A stretch of DNA of 64,000 nt from Chlorokybus atmophyticus (lineage: Eukaryota; Plantae; Mesostigma and Chlorokybus algae), in the NCBI GenBank assembly GCA_009103225.1, contig RHPI01000810.1, positions 975,387-1,039,386 of the forward strand. Reading direction: 5' to 3'. A model generated the notes under the pieces. That model did not search any database. It saw nothing but the letters and a program-made list of their open reading frames with translations, and was not told the origin of the DNA. Below are positions 47,971 through 60,687 of this stretch, one piece after another; position 1 is the first letter of the stretch, and every line of letters starts with the position of its first letter. Position numbers and translations under genes: made by a program.

Positions 47971-50233
47971 TTATCTTCTGTTTGTTGGCAGTGCGACGTG
48001 TAACATGCCTGGCTGCGGCTCGTGGTACGGTACGCGTCGTGCGTCAAGCAGCTGCTTGACCGCGGCGGGCAGACGCGCGGGGACACGACCGTGGTGTCCC
48101 GTGCCCACAACCACGTACAGCGCTCCCGTTGACGCCGTGTCGAGGCGCGCGCGTAGTGCGGCGAGTGCCTCGGGTACGTGGAGTCCGTGCAGGTCGAGCA
48201 CGAGCCTGGCGTCGTTGGCGCGTCCGTCGTTGCGGTGTCTCAGAATGTGGGCGCTGGCGGCCTCATGCGCTCGCTTCATCTGCTCGTTGTGCCAGCGGCC
48301 CTTGGCGCCAAGCTCGCGAGCCAGAGCGCGCTGACCCGACAGGTACGCCTGCGTCGCCTGCTGGAAACACGCGTTGCGCACGCGGGCGTGGTCGCGCGCC
48401 TCTGCACGATGACGCGCGTACAACGACGCTGCGTGGCGCACAACACCAATGTCAACACCATGAACACCATCAACCAATACACCCGCAGTGCTCACCTACG
48501 GCATCGCCGGTGTCGAGCCACCGCACGGCGTCCGCCGGTAGAGACGTCGTGCGCGGGGGCGGCGCGTGTCTGTGCATCATCGATGACGACGAAGACGTTC
48601 GGCTCAACTGCTGCTGCTGCTGCTGCTGTTGCGATCCCTGCCTCACCACGGACGCGAAGTCGACGCCGGGACTGCTGGACAGCGTCGGCTCCACCACGGC
48701 GCCGCCAGACAGCGCGGGGAAGTCGGCGGGAGTCAGCTCCACGGGACGCGAGTTGTCCTCCTGAAGGGGCAATCAACGTTCTGATGTTCAGTGAATGTCA
48801 CAATCACGTCAGCTGCTGAGATGAAGATGAACAGTACTCATACCTCTAGTTGTAGTATGCCGTCAATGGCGTGTTCTAGGTCGCATCCGCTGGCGAGCAG
48901 GACGGCGCGCAGGCTGGCCGGATCGTACGACGGGAATTGCTCCGACAAGAACACCACCGCCGACTCCACGTCCACCACCACCCCGCCGCCATGCCCGTAC
49001 TCCTCCTGCGCGTCGTAGTCATCGTCGTTGTCGTTGTGGAGTTGCGGCTGCGGTGAGAAGAGCGAGTCCGGCAGCGCAAAGTCCAGGTCGTGCTGCTGCG
49101 CCACGCGGATCACGGGGGCCACGGGCTTGGCGGCGGCGGATCCGAAGGTCGGCACAAACTCTTTGGCTCGCGGGTTCAGGCCAAGTTGCCCCGCCGCTGA
49201 TGATAGCGCTGATGATGGTGCAGTATGTGGAGCTGGTGCTGATGCGGGTGGACTCGCGCCATCTCTCTGCCTGCGCGCACACGTCGTCGTTGTGTAAACA
49301 TGGGCAACGACAACCACAGACTCAAGCAAGTAAGCGGTCAGCGCTGCACGTACCAGATGGGTGGGGAGCGGGATGAGGCGTGTTCATGCGACCCTGTGCG
49401 TGATCGGGTGTCAACGCCGATGCAACACAATGCAACATCCAATGTGCCAACAACACCGTTGCCACAACAATGAGAGCACATGCAATCAAGCATGAGACGG
49501 GGAGTGCTTCCTTCACTTGGCATGACGCAAACAGTGCAGCTGTGAACGATAGACTCTCGTTAACAAGCACATGCCTGCGGGCGGCTGTCGCACGTCTGTG
49601 GTGGGGCGCGCACGCTCTCGCCCCTCGTGCAGAAGCTGCTGGACGGCCGCATCCAGCTCAGCCGGCCCAGCCTGCAGAAGCACGACACGCATTGTTCGCA
49701 CGTATTCACATTGATGGAACATTAAGGCAAGAAGTTGTATAAAAGCACCAGGGTCCATCTCTTACCCCCGGTAGGAACGCGCGCACGGTGTCGGCGAGAG
49801 CGCGCTCGGGAACAACACCTGAGATGGCCTGCGCGGCAACCCTGGGCAGAAGGTGGGGGAGTGATCAGACTGTGAGGCTGGTTTGCTTTATTTACCATGC
49901 AAAGCACAGCCATGACTCAGTTGACGATGATAGTTGAGGTGCGTGTATGCATGCAACGAATAAAGACGAGGAGCATACTCGTTGAGGTAGTCTATGAGTG
50001 CGTTGTCTAGTGGCTGGCTGTGGCGTGTCAGCAGCGCCGCCGCAGTCGAAGACCCCATCCAACAAACTCAACCCACTCCTCCCGTGCCTCCTCCCGCATA
50101 ACCCTGGTTTATTGCCGACCCACAGACCCTTCAAGCCACCCTGCGACCGATCCAGTAATGGATGTTGTGCATTGCATTGCATTGCAAACCCCAAAGCCTC
50201 ACAACGACCTGTTGTGATTTGTCCTAGCTGCAT
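47971..50233 (-). CDS. CID7-like PABP-interacting protein (PAM2, CUE-like, DUF1771, Smr); exons 49841-49766, 49671-49575, 49393-49354, 49270-48844, 48760-48496, 48428-47971; start codon uncertain, further upstream
   Basis: LNPRAKEFVP (PAM2); FLSEQFPSYDPASLRAVLLASGCDLEHAIDGIL (CUE-like); ARDHARVRNACFQQATQAYL.G...A.EL (DUF1771); LDLHGLHVPEA...VVVGTGHH (Smr). Splice phases consistent. Confidence 0.85.
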
Positions 50234-51025
50234 CTAATGTGTCACTGACTCGAGCACATTGCGGCCATCTGCAAACCAAGGCCAAGGCTTGTGCGATGAG
50301 AGGGCCCTCTCTCCCAGCAGCAGCGCAACAACAGAAACAAGCACACGGGATGGACAGGCAGTTCGACTCGGTATGTGAGTGTGACTGACTGTCACAGCGA
50401 AAGGCGAGGTGACGGTAAAGAGAGGGGCACATTAATACTGTCCATTATCAATCTCTGGTGTTAGCACTGGATGACCTGAATGGATGGATCGACCAGGTCG
50501 AGTAGTCGTGTCTGTGCGTGCGTGCGTGCGTGCGTGCCCAACCGTGAAAGCGTGGGGCATGAGAGGGGCGGCGGGGAGGCCGGGCAAGCAAAGACTACCA
50601 GCTTCAAGATCGGGAGACGGCAGACATAAAACACTCTTACAGGCAGGCGTGACAATGATGCATGAGACTGGATTAGACACGCATTGCATTGACTTGTAGT
50701 CCACAGCCCCAGTGGCCGATGCGGGAAGGGGGGGGCGGCGGCCACAGCCTTACCGCAAGCAACGCGATACCTTGCCTTCTGAGATCCAGGCGACACCCCA
50801 GAAGCGAGCCGCCGTGCCGGCGCCGCAGCACCGCCGCCGTTGCCGCCACCGCCCGCCACGTGGCGTCGTTGGTGTCTGCCGTGGATATACCCGCGACTTT
50901 CTTCTTTTCCTTTCCTCTTTTCTGAATGCTTCAGCCGACCGTCGACTGACCTTGGCCTTTCCGTGTGTTCGTGTTGTCTGCGCACGCACGTGGCGTCCAG
51001 TTCCTGCTTGTCATCCTCGGTGCCG

Positions 51026-54000
51026 ATGGGGGACGCGGGAGCGGGAGCGTGGCGGCGGATGGAAGAGGCCATGGAGGCCGCAGAGGGACTCAGCAGACAC
51101 CTGGCAGCAAGGAAGGAGGCCAACGCGGAGCTCGCCGCCATGTGCGTTCGGGGGATGTGATGTTTGGGGGAGAGATAGCCACTTGAACAGGCGGATTCAT
51201 CGATCCCGAATGCACCCACTTTTGCACACATGCTCGCACGCATCCAAGTTCTCTGACTCACTTGCCGTTTTCGCAGCCATCCGCAATTGAACCGCAGTTG
51301 CTTTACACTTGATCACGCACTCACTTAGCTTGGCTTGTTTGCTCGTACACACTCGCTCACACGCTCACCCTCTTGTCGTCACACACGCACACGCACGCAA
51401 CTGATCATGAGACCGCTCTCTTTTGCTCTCGTCCACGTCCACGTCCTCGCGCTCGCATTCACAACAACACACTCGCTCACCCACTCACACTCACTCCACA
51501 CGCACGCAATCGCACCCGCACCTACTCACAGTCCACACCCCTCTTCCAGCCGCCTCCGCCTCTCCCATCTCGACCGCAAGCTCTCCCTCTCCTCCACTCG
51601 TCCCTCCTCCTCTCCTCACCCAACATCCTCCTCCTCCTCTTCCCCCCTCCTGCGCTCCCTCTCCCTCCACGCGGACCGCTGCCGACGCGCAGCACGACGA
51701 GCGGAGAAAGCGGCGATGGACTTGGCAGCGGCAGACGCGGCGGCGAGGGCGGGGATGCAAGCGGCCAAAAACGAGGCGAGACGAGCAGCGGCCGAGGTGT
51801 GCGTGCGTGTTGTGATGCGAGCGCACTGTGTGACACTCTGTGTTGCGGTTCTGATGGTGTGCTGATGGCGTACAGGCCCATCGGCAACGCTTGCAGCAGC
51901 AAAACGAGCGCTCCCATCACGACCGCCATCAACAGCATCTTTACCAACAACATTACCACCCCCATCATCAGCCTCAACCATCACCCAAAGTTGTTTTCAG
52001 CGATGCAGAAAAGCCAACAACTTCTTTCTCTCCTTCTTCCCCCAAACAAACTCCTTTCGCGACTGCCTCTTCCCCCCCCCTCGCCAAGTCTCCCGGCATC
52101 AGCATCAGTCCCGCGCGTAGCCCTCCTCCTCCTTCTTCCCGAAGCCGGCAGGCGTCGAGCCCGCCCGCCACCGGCGCATCCGCACTGCTCTCTGCACACT
52201 CCTTCAGCGACGTTACCGTTCGTCCACGTTCTCCTCCTGCCATCACTGATAACCACCACCAACAACACTCTCCCGTGTCGACGGTGTCCTCTAGACGCGG
52301 GAGTGAGCCCAGGCTGGCAGAAGCGTCGGTCTCGCCCAGGGGCAAAGCGCCACTGGACGAATTTGATCATGTTGGTGTTGCGAGTGATATGAATCAGTAT
52401 CATGCTGCTGCAGCGGAGGTGGGACAAATAACAAGAGAGCCAGAACATAATCCAACCACGCATCAGCCCGCACGCCAGGTAATACATGTACACTTGTTGT
52501 CCTGCTTTGTTTTGCATGTGCTGCTCCCCCAACCCGCAAAAACAACTCAGCCAACACTTGCACGCAGAGTCTTCGCGCGATGTCAACCTCGCCACCGTCG
52601 TCTCCCCCCCTCGCAAGCCCCGAGCGGCGTCTGCGTTCGCGCACGCACTCAGTTGCACCAACCGCATCCACCCCGTCACCTGCTCCCACATCAAGAGCAC
52701 AAAGTCCACGCCACGATGATGTCGCAGAGTACTTGCAGGGCGGCAGCCTTCTCCCGCCGGCGCGGAGACTGCGCGTGCTTGCGTCGCTGCTGGCGCACTG
52801 CAGAGAGCACGCGTACGACGACGGGCTGCGATACGACGTCCAACACAACAACACCGACGACGATGCCTTCACGCAAGTGGCACGCGCGGCCGAGTCAGGT
52901 GCGTTTGCTGTGTGTTTGGGGTAGTCAATGCACAAGTGTATGTATCCTCATGTGTGCGCGCGCGCGCGTGTGTGTGTGTGTGTAGGCGTGCTGCAGGGCC
53001 TGGCGGCATCGAGGTCCGCGGCGGCGGCGTGCGAGATGGTTCGTCGTTACCCCGAGCGCGGGCTTCTCCCGCCAAGCTTCGTGCAGAGATGCCTGCTCAC
53101 AGACGACGACCACGACCCGGACAGGTACACGTATATGAGCATGCAGAATTCATCCAGAATATAACTTGTTATTGACATAGTGTGTTTGTTTGACAACACA
53201 AACAGGATTGGGGAGTTTCAAGACAGCCACGCAGCGGAGTTCTGGCGGGAGCTTGTCCAGCACATCGTGTTCCTTGTCAAATCACAGGTGTTGGGTGCGT
53301 CTCAAGCGGCGGGGACGTTTGCGGCGTTGCTGGTGCCGACGCGTGGAGGGGCCAGGGAGAGGGCGCTCGCGAGACACGTCGAGCGCTACCTTGCGCGCGT
53401 CATCGCCCATCACACCCACCCACTCACCCGCGCCGGCGACAGCAGCGATAACCACAGCGGCAGCCACCAGCAACCAACAATCACTGCAAGCGATGGCAAC
53501 CATACTGCGGCAGCCGCTATCGTGGAACAACAACAAGACAAGCAGCAGCCGCAGCGACCGCGCGCGGGGCGGAGAGGGTCCATTGTAAACATACTGCCAT
53601 TTGAGCCTGTACAGGTGAGCGTGACTGGGCAACTCTGGCTAACCGCTGACGTGTGCTCGTGTGCCTGCAACTGACTGGCATGTGCGCGTGTGTTGGCAGC
53701 CGTCGTCCTTCACTATCAAGGCCACAAGTCCAATACACGAAGCTGAACCCGTTATTATCAAGCCCACAAGTCCAGCCAAGAAGCAAACGCTCTCACCTCG
53801 TTCGCCACAACCCGAGGACGGTTTGCGTGCACACACTCACATAGCAGCTACTACAACTCCTCTCCTCTCCGACAGCAGCGATGACGAACACGACAACAAA
53901 CCCGGTTCAAGAGGTCAACCCGCAGTCCTGAACCGGTCTCGGACCTGGGCCGGGAAAGGGAACAAGTCCACCGCTGCGGGTAGGGGGAGTGGCAACAACA

Positions 54001-54149
54001 GGCCATTCTCAAGCGCGAGGCTGCAGCGCGGAGGGATTTCCATACTCAACAGCACCAGCACCGGCAGCACTAGCGGTGGGATTAGCAGGGTCTCCAGCAT
54101 TATCAGTCGCGCTCTCGATGGATCGGATGACGATGATTCTGATGCATAA
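51026..54149 (+). CDS. Predicted 764-aa protein: N-terminal coiled coil, long S/P-rich regions, central helical domain resembling a degenerate RhoGAP; exons 51026-51141, 51550-51796, 51876-52478, 52568-52898, 52986-53124, 53206-53614, 53700-54149
   Basis: Seven GT-AG exons sum to 2295 nt in one open frame. Start codon and domain identity are inferred. Confidence 0.7.
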
Positions 54150-54692
54150 GATGCTGAACTGCGCTGGAGTTTGCTGAATGTTTGTTGGCACCGCGCTGTA
54201 CGCTGCACCACAGACGCTTGCGTGCATTGCCAGCAAATACATCATGTGCACATGTGGCATGACGAGACAGATGGCCTGAAGGCGTGTTTCGGATGAAAGA
54301 CAACACAGCCGTTATCTCTGAACAAAGCTGTCATCAGCGCTCAAAAGGGCTTTGTTGCTGATGATGTGCAAATTTACTGGACGAGCAAACCAATGCCAAC
54401 ATGTGCATGTAGCAGCAACCAAGCAATCTTTCTAAAGCGGAGTTGCCTGCTGGTCGTAATTAGCTGTTGCTTCAGTAAAACATGATGCTGGAAAGTGAAT
54501 CATCGCACGCAGGCAAAAACACAGCACAGCTTGTGACACTCTACGCTACTTCCAATTGTGCAGCAAATACACAGCAGCTAGCAAATCATGGTGTATAAAT
54601 AGGATGGTATGAAGGGTACCTAATGGTGCACCCCTCAGCTGAACAGCTAAACTACACCAATTGACAATGCTCGCCAAAAGTGATGACCACTC

Positions 54693-56494
54693 TCACGCAG
54701 CCAGTTGGCAGCCGCTGTCGAAAGCGGATGTCATAGCGGAGATGGCTGCGACCATCTTTCGGCGCGGTCCGACCGCCAACACGCCCATATCCTTGAGCCT
54801 CTGCATCGTCAGAACCGGCAGATGTTCGAAATCAACTTGGTGCAGCTCCAGGACGGCCGCATACTTTGCAAGGCCGAGCAGGTTCAGCCACGAACGCAAA
54901 TCCATGTCCACAGAACGCGGGAATTGCCCTGAAACGCAGATTCTATGAGCATCGAGCACGCATGGGCAAACTTTGCAAGGCAGACTCTGCGAAAAGCAGT
55001 ACTGCTTGCGTGGTGATGGAACATGTCATGCCAATAGCGGCCAACTCAACAGAGTCAGACCAACGACGCACCACGAAAGGGAGGTGGATTCTCCTGTTCA
55101 TCATTGGCGGGTGGCGAGTTGCATGGCTTGGCAAGGTCTGCCAAAGTAAGAGCGATCTCGTGTCGTTCCTCGTCGTCTTCTTCGGGCATGTTCTGAGTGT
55201 TTTTGCTGGGGCTAGCTTCGGCATCTTCGTCTTCATCTGCATCTGCGTCATGCGTCTTGTCGCTATGGGGGGGCTGCAGCGACCGTCTCGTCTGCGACTT
55301 CAGTCGATTACGCTGCAGCTTGAGGTTGCGCTGCAGTCGCCACAGTCGCATGCGCTCACGCTCTTTCTGCCGCTTCAGCGCCAGCCGCGCCTCCCTCTGC
55401 TCTTCCGTCTCAAGCTCACGCGCAGACAGCTTGCGTACCCGCTTCTTGCCATCGCCGCTGCTGTGCTTGGCCGCAGCGTCATCGGCTGCAGGCTTCTCGT
55501 CACTGTGCAGTTCTGAGATGTGCCGCTTTCTCGACCTGGTTGCAAAGTTGTGGGCAGGAACAGCAGCAGCCGCTTTTGGACTGGCCTGGATGTCGTCTGC
55601 TATGCGCTGGCGCGATGGGGGTTGCTTTTGCCGTCGAGGTGCCTTGGAAGCGGGGGCATGAGCGTGGCGTGCATGCCTGCCGATGCCGCCCCTCACGGCA
55701 TTGAGCGCGGACACAAACCGGCTGCTGATGGGTCGTCGAGGTCGCCCTGCTTCCGGCTCGGTGTCCACCGGCGTAGATGCGTCGTCCTCAGCCTTGACGG
55801 TAGCGATAGATTGAGATTCATTTCCGCGACGTTCAGCATCAGCGTTGGCCTTGCCGCTGCTGCTCTCACCACCACCTGCATCTGCCAATGGCAATGCAGC
55901 TGCGGGAATCTGCTCCTGACTCGCATGCTTGTCCACCCGCGTGCCGCTCTCCGCCTTTGATGACGACACCGCACCAGTGCGTTCCACGGAAGTGTGTGAT
56001 GCAGATTCTGACAACTCCCTGTGCTTCGCCTCTGCGGAGCGCCTCGGCCTCGGCTGCACGTCAACCCGGACTTCCGGCAAAGGTGGTGTTGATGCTGATG
56101 GCGGCTGCTGCTGTGGGCTGGCAATGGCAACGGCGGTGGTTGGGAGCGGCTGCATGCCTTGCGCGAGCGGGTTTTTGCGAGCGGGCTTATCCCATGGCAT
56201 GGGCTCACCGGGTCTCGGGTGCGGCGCCCAGATCTCGTCATCAAGGTTAATGTCCTTCTGCTCGCCGTCATCATACGTGATTCGGTACGTCTGCGTCTTG
56301 CGTGTGAAGTAGGTCAGCGTGCCGGCATACCACGACTGGAACTGCGGCCAGTAAACCCAAATGCGCGCTCCCGTGCCGAGCCGCCCGCGCCTCTGCTGTT
56401 GTGCCCCTTCCCCTCCAGTGGCAGCGCGCGCCTCCCCATTGGTAGCTGCTGGTGGCGTGCCTTCCGCGGGCGTGGCTGGTGTGGTGTTGGCCAT
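54693..56494 (-). CDS. Tudor-like + basic helix + C-terminal SAM domain protein, about 552 aa; exons 56494-55072, 54928-54693
   Basis: GARIWVYWPQFQSWYAGTL...YRITYDDGEQKDINLDDEIW (plant-type Tudor); KRQKERERMRLWR basic helix; WLNLLGLAKY..LELHQVDFEHL..LT...LKDMGV.AVGPRRKM (SAM); phase-1 GT-AG intron joins them in frame. Confidence 0.83.
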
Positions 56495-59400
56495 GGCTAG
56501 CCCGCTTGGACGATGGATAGGCCAGATCCTGCTGGCTGCGAAGACACAACTCAGTGGGAAATGTGCAGACGAGGATTGGCATGCTTGTGCGGCACATAAT
56601 TCATGCCGGCAATGCTCCTTGGTTAACAAGTGGTTGCTTGCCAGTGAGTAAGCAGCCATCATGTTTGAAGTAGGGCAGCACATGCAGCGAAATGCCACAC
56701 GGCGCAAACCAGTGCAGTCTTACAGCTGGCATGCAGCGAGACAGTACAGCAGCCCGTTGCCTACCTGGAGCTGCGGTTTGATGAACAGCTGCTTGTTGTG
56801 CAAACAGTGTCTGGATGCTTGCTCGCACAGCAGCAAAGCCCTCCGCTGCCGATTGCCGCCGCCTTGCTGCGGAGGCAGCCGTAGCTGCGGCTGCAGGAAA
56901 GCGCAAACCGTTTGAGGCGGTGGTGGTTGCCGGCAGCGGCAGCTTACGCGGCTGTGCCAAGCAAGAACAGGCAAGCAGAGGAAAGCAAATGGATCATCAA
57001 GCCGCAATGACTAGGCAGAGCAAAGTTCAGTTGACATGGCAAGCAAGCAGGTAGGCGACCGAGCATACATGTTTACAGGCACCGACCTGGTCAGCGTTGA
57101 TTCCAGGTGGACAGACGAGAAGTCGCCGAGGAGAGAGCTGGGGCGAGCGGCGGTGCGGCAGCAAGCTGCTGAGAAAGGCTGCTGCTGTCCTCTTCCGCCG
57201 CCGCCGCCGGCTGCTGGGCCGGCGTCGGAGAGAATCGCTGCTGCTGCTGCTGCTGCTGCCGTCTGGTCTGGGCGGGCTGGCAACTTTGGACTGAGCTTTA
57301 GCGCAGCGAACCGAAGCCAAGCCAAGCGGAGTACGCTGTCGCCACTGCTGTCGCGCTGCTGGCTGCCCGGCGGCGGCGGCAGCGGGGTGAAGCAGGGACA
57401 GGGTGTAGCCGGCAGCCTTGGCGGCAACCCACGCGTACAGCCCTGCAGCTTGCTGCAATGACACGCTGCCAGGCCAGGCCGGCCCACTCACCGAGCAGAG
57501 CCCCGCTTTCCCTCGTTGAGGCCTGGCACTGCAATGCGTGCAAGTCGTGCTGCAAGACACAGCACACGCGCAGACGCAGTGGAAGACAGCCTCCGCCTTG
57601 TAGGGTCTCGCCAACTAACCGCACACACTGCGCTGCGCTGCTGCTCTGTCGGCCGAGCACCCTACACACAGCGGATGCTGAAACCACCGTGAGCACACGG
57701 CAGGCCCGCCGTTGAGCAAGCTCGCAGTGCAAGCGTCCTGTCCTGCTTGTGTGTCGCCTCGGCGAAAAGTTTTGCCGAGGCGACACACATGCCGCCTGCT
57801 TGCCTCAAGTATGCTGCTGCAGCCTCAAACAGAGTCCAAGTTCAACCTACCGCATGCCACTGCCCCACATACAAGATGCTGTGTTGCATGCCGTCCTCCT
57901 GCCACGACAGTTAGGCAGTCACTAGCAGAGTGAGCACTCCCAACAACCAAAGCACGCACACTCACCTTGCACAACAACTGAAGCCACAGCTTGCACAGCT
58001 CCGTGCAAGCTGTGGCTGATAACCATCACAGCCTACGTGCAGCCATTGCACGGGGTGTAGGAGACGGCTGGATGATGCAGCGTTGAGTATCGCCTTGTCA
58101 TTCCTCCTGCGTGTCCTGCAACAACCAAGGTCGTGCGTGATCGGTTGCATTGGTCCTGGAACTGCGAGCAGCTGGTTCTTTCGGGCAGTTACAAACACTT
58201 CGTATGTGCGCTCACAACGCGTCTTGACTGGCAGCTGCTCCTGGCAATGGTCGTGCGCACTTGGCTTTGAACAATCATGCCTCGGTCCAGTAGTGTGCAC
58301 CACAGCAGGGCACCAATAGTGCAAGTTTCATGTATGCTTGCGCAGGCATCATGTCGGGTCAGCCGCAAAAGCCAGAAGACAGAACATTTGGGTGTGTTCA
58401 TCACAACTGCATCGGATAACATGCGTGACAACATTCCGATGCGAACACATGCGATGATGTAGTGTGCAGACTGCATGCATGTTTGCTACATTCTCATGCA
58501 TGCCACTATCCTTGCATACTATATTTTACAAGTCACCTGCACAAACTGAAGTGCCCATACGCACTGATGTCGCACAACCGTTGTGAGTAGCCAAACTTGC
58601 TAGCTAACAATGCCTCCACCAATTTTGTGTGATGCAACTAATAATGCCTTTGCCACTCAACTTCCAAGGCTGCATCCCCCCCCCCCCCCCCTTCCTTTTC
58701 CGTTCAGATTTGCTGCAAAGCTGCACGAAGTGCTTGGTGAATCACGGCATGCAAGAGGTGCGCAGCACATGCATCGGAATGTCTACACCGTATCTACACT
58801 ATGAAGAGTTAAGCCCGTCGGCTTAAAAGACGCATGATTGTGCACAAGTTTGTAGGTTGATGAAAAAATTATATGTTATGGCATTACTTACTGCATAGCA
58901 ATTGATGATCATATGATAGTTAATTGATCACATAGTAATTAATTATTATATACTAAGATGCAATGACAATTGCGCAATAATTATCGTTGTTGTTAACGCA
59001 ACGTGGCGAATATGTATAAAACCTCTAACGTGCAGCATGGATAGCATTTTTTTGATGAGCATAAAAGGGAGTATGCCCCCTCAAAAGTAGAAAAAATCAT
59101 ATCATACATACGCTAATGTAATATACTTATGCGAATATTGGATCACGCGAAGCCTTACCGTAAGTCTGTTGGGGCATGTTAGGTTTAGCTGCATATAAAG
59201 GAAAGTGTCTTGAGGACGTGGCGTCGCCAGCTAGCCAGCCCTTGGGATAATAATCGCACATGTTGCAATTACAACTAAAACGTTGCTATCGCCGAGGTTG
59301 GTAGTATATTACATGTACACCATGCTAGAACATAATCTGCTGTTATATATAACCATGCCGCTAACATGTATATGTTGTTTATCTTATCGCGCGTGACAAG

Positions 59401-60429
59401 TTCAATACTACCAGTAGCTCGCTCGCGTCAGATGTTGAGAACATCTGACAAGCGACCCTACTTACATCATGCGGCAAGTTTTATCATGCATGCGCGCGCA
59501 ATTTACGTGACATGGTTATAAAAGGCGCAGAAACAATGCCCTTATCTGAACAAATGAGCCATTGCGCACCGCGCGTCACCCACAACTGGTGACGCGCGGT
59601 GCGAACCAGCCCCCCTGGTTTAGTGGCAGGGGCATTACCTGGCCGTCTGCAAATGAGTCGCAAGTTGCAACTCGCAATGCTTGCCTGTGCATGCGTCACA
59701 TCATGCAGGCATTGTGCGAAACCTGTGTTGGAAAAAGCTTGATGTGTGGTGGCTTCTCATATGGTGACCATTCGATACGTATCAATCATGAAAGGTTTAT
59801 ACGGCGCCATGAATCTCTCAAATCAAGTGTTGATAATGTTGTACTATTTGGTATCACACTAAACATACTTGAAAGCTTTTTAAATTGTTGATCAATACTC
59901 CACGCCTACTTGTAACGAAGAACCTCGTGAGAACCGACATGACATGACGTGATTTTATAATAATTGCGCCTTTGATTGTATGTAGTATCGAAGAAACATT
60001 TCTTTTTTTTTTTTAATTTATTATAGAACAAAGACTTATAGTAACAACGGTTGCAAACCTGTTGCGCAAGTAACAGATGTATGCAATCCATTGATCATGC
60101 ACAGCCGATTGGCTTTGCAAAATTACCAACATAGTGACAATTTGATTTGAACGTATAATGAATGGTCTGTAGCAAGACGACATCATATTTGTTTATGCTT
60201 TACGCTTCACAATGCGATCAGCTTGACGGGCGTATTACTACATGCACCACATGCACATGTATGTTGAACATATCATAGCGCAGCAACGATTACACAATTA
60301 TATTTGAAGCTTGAGTAGTCTGCAATGATCTTATGATATAAATGCGTTTGGACATATGCGCATGTTGATATGAATTACTTTGCAACATTATTATACCATG
60401 CTTGATGCGATACGTGAAATTCACATTAT

Positions 60430-60687
60430 CATGTTCAACCGCGTAGAAGCCCTAAATTACAAGCCCCCTACATATAAGCCCCTCAACTGTTGACAAACCC
60501 CCACATGCGGCATTTGGGGCCATATTGCCCAGCAGTTTCACCTATCGTACACACGCTAATATAAGCATAATCCGTTCGATTACAAACCCCCCTGCTCAAA
60601 TACAAGCCCCCTTTACTACAACCCCCCTTTATAGTAAAGGGTGAGGGGCTTATGTAGCATGGGGGGGCTTGTAAGCGGGTAGATATG
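60430..60687. mobile_element. Degenerate MITE-like element, possibly pogo/Tc1-type
   Basis: TTACAAGCCCCC..TACATA(TA)AGCCCC(C)TCA at 60457-60485 is inverted at 60642-60674; internal TACAA(G/A)CCCCC repeats. Confidence 0.5.

Noticed and set aside
45155-57933. Many long overlapping ORFs on both strands in the gene region
   Set aside because: Expected in GC-rich exons with few stops; spliced models with recognisable domains account for the coding signal.
56601-58476. Additional protein-coding gene upstream of the Tudor-SAM gene
   Set aside because: GC-rich with short ORFs but no recognisable domain or consistent exon chain; more likely 5' UTR exons and promoter.
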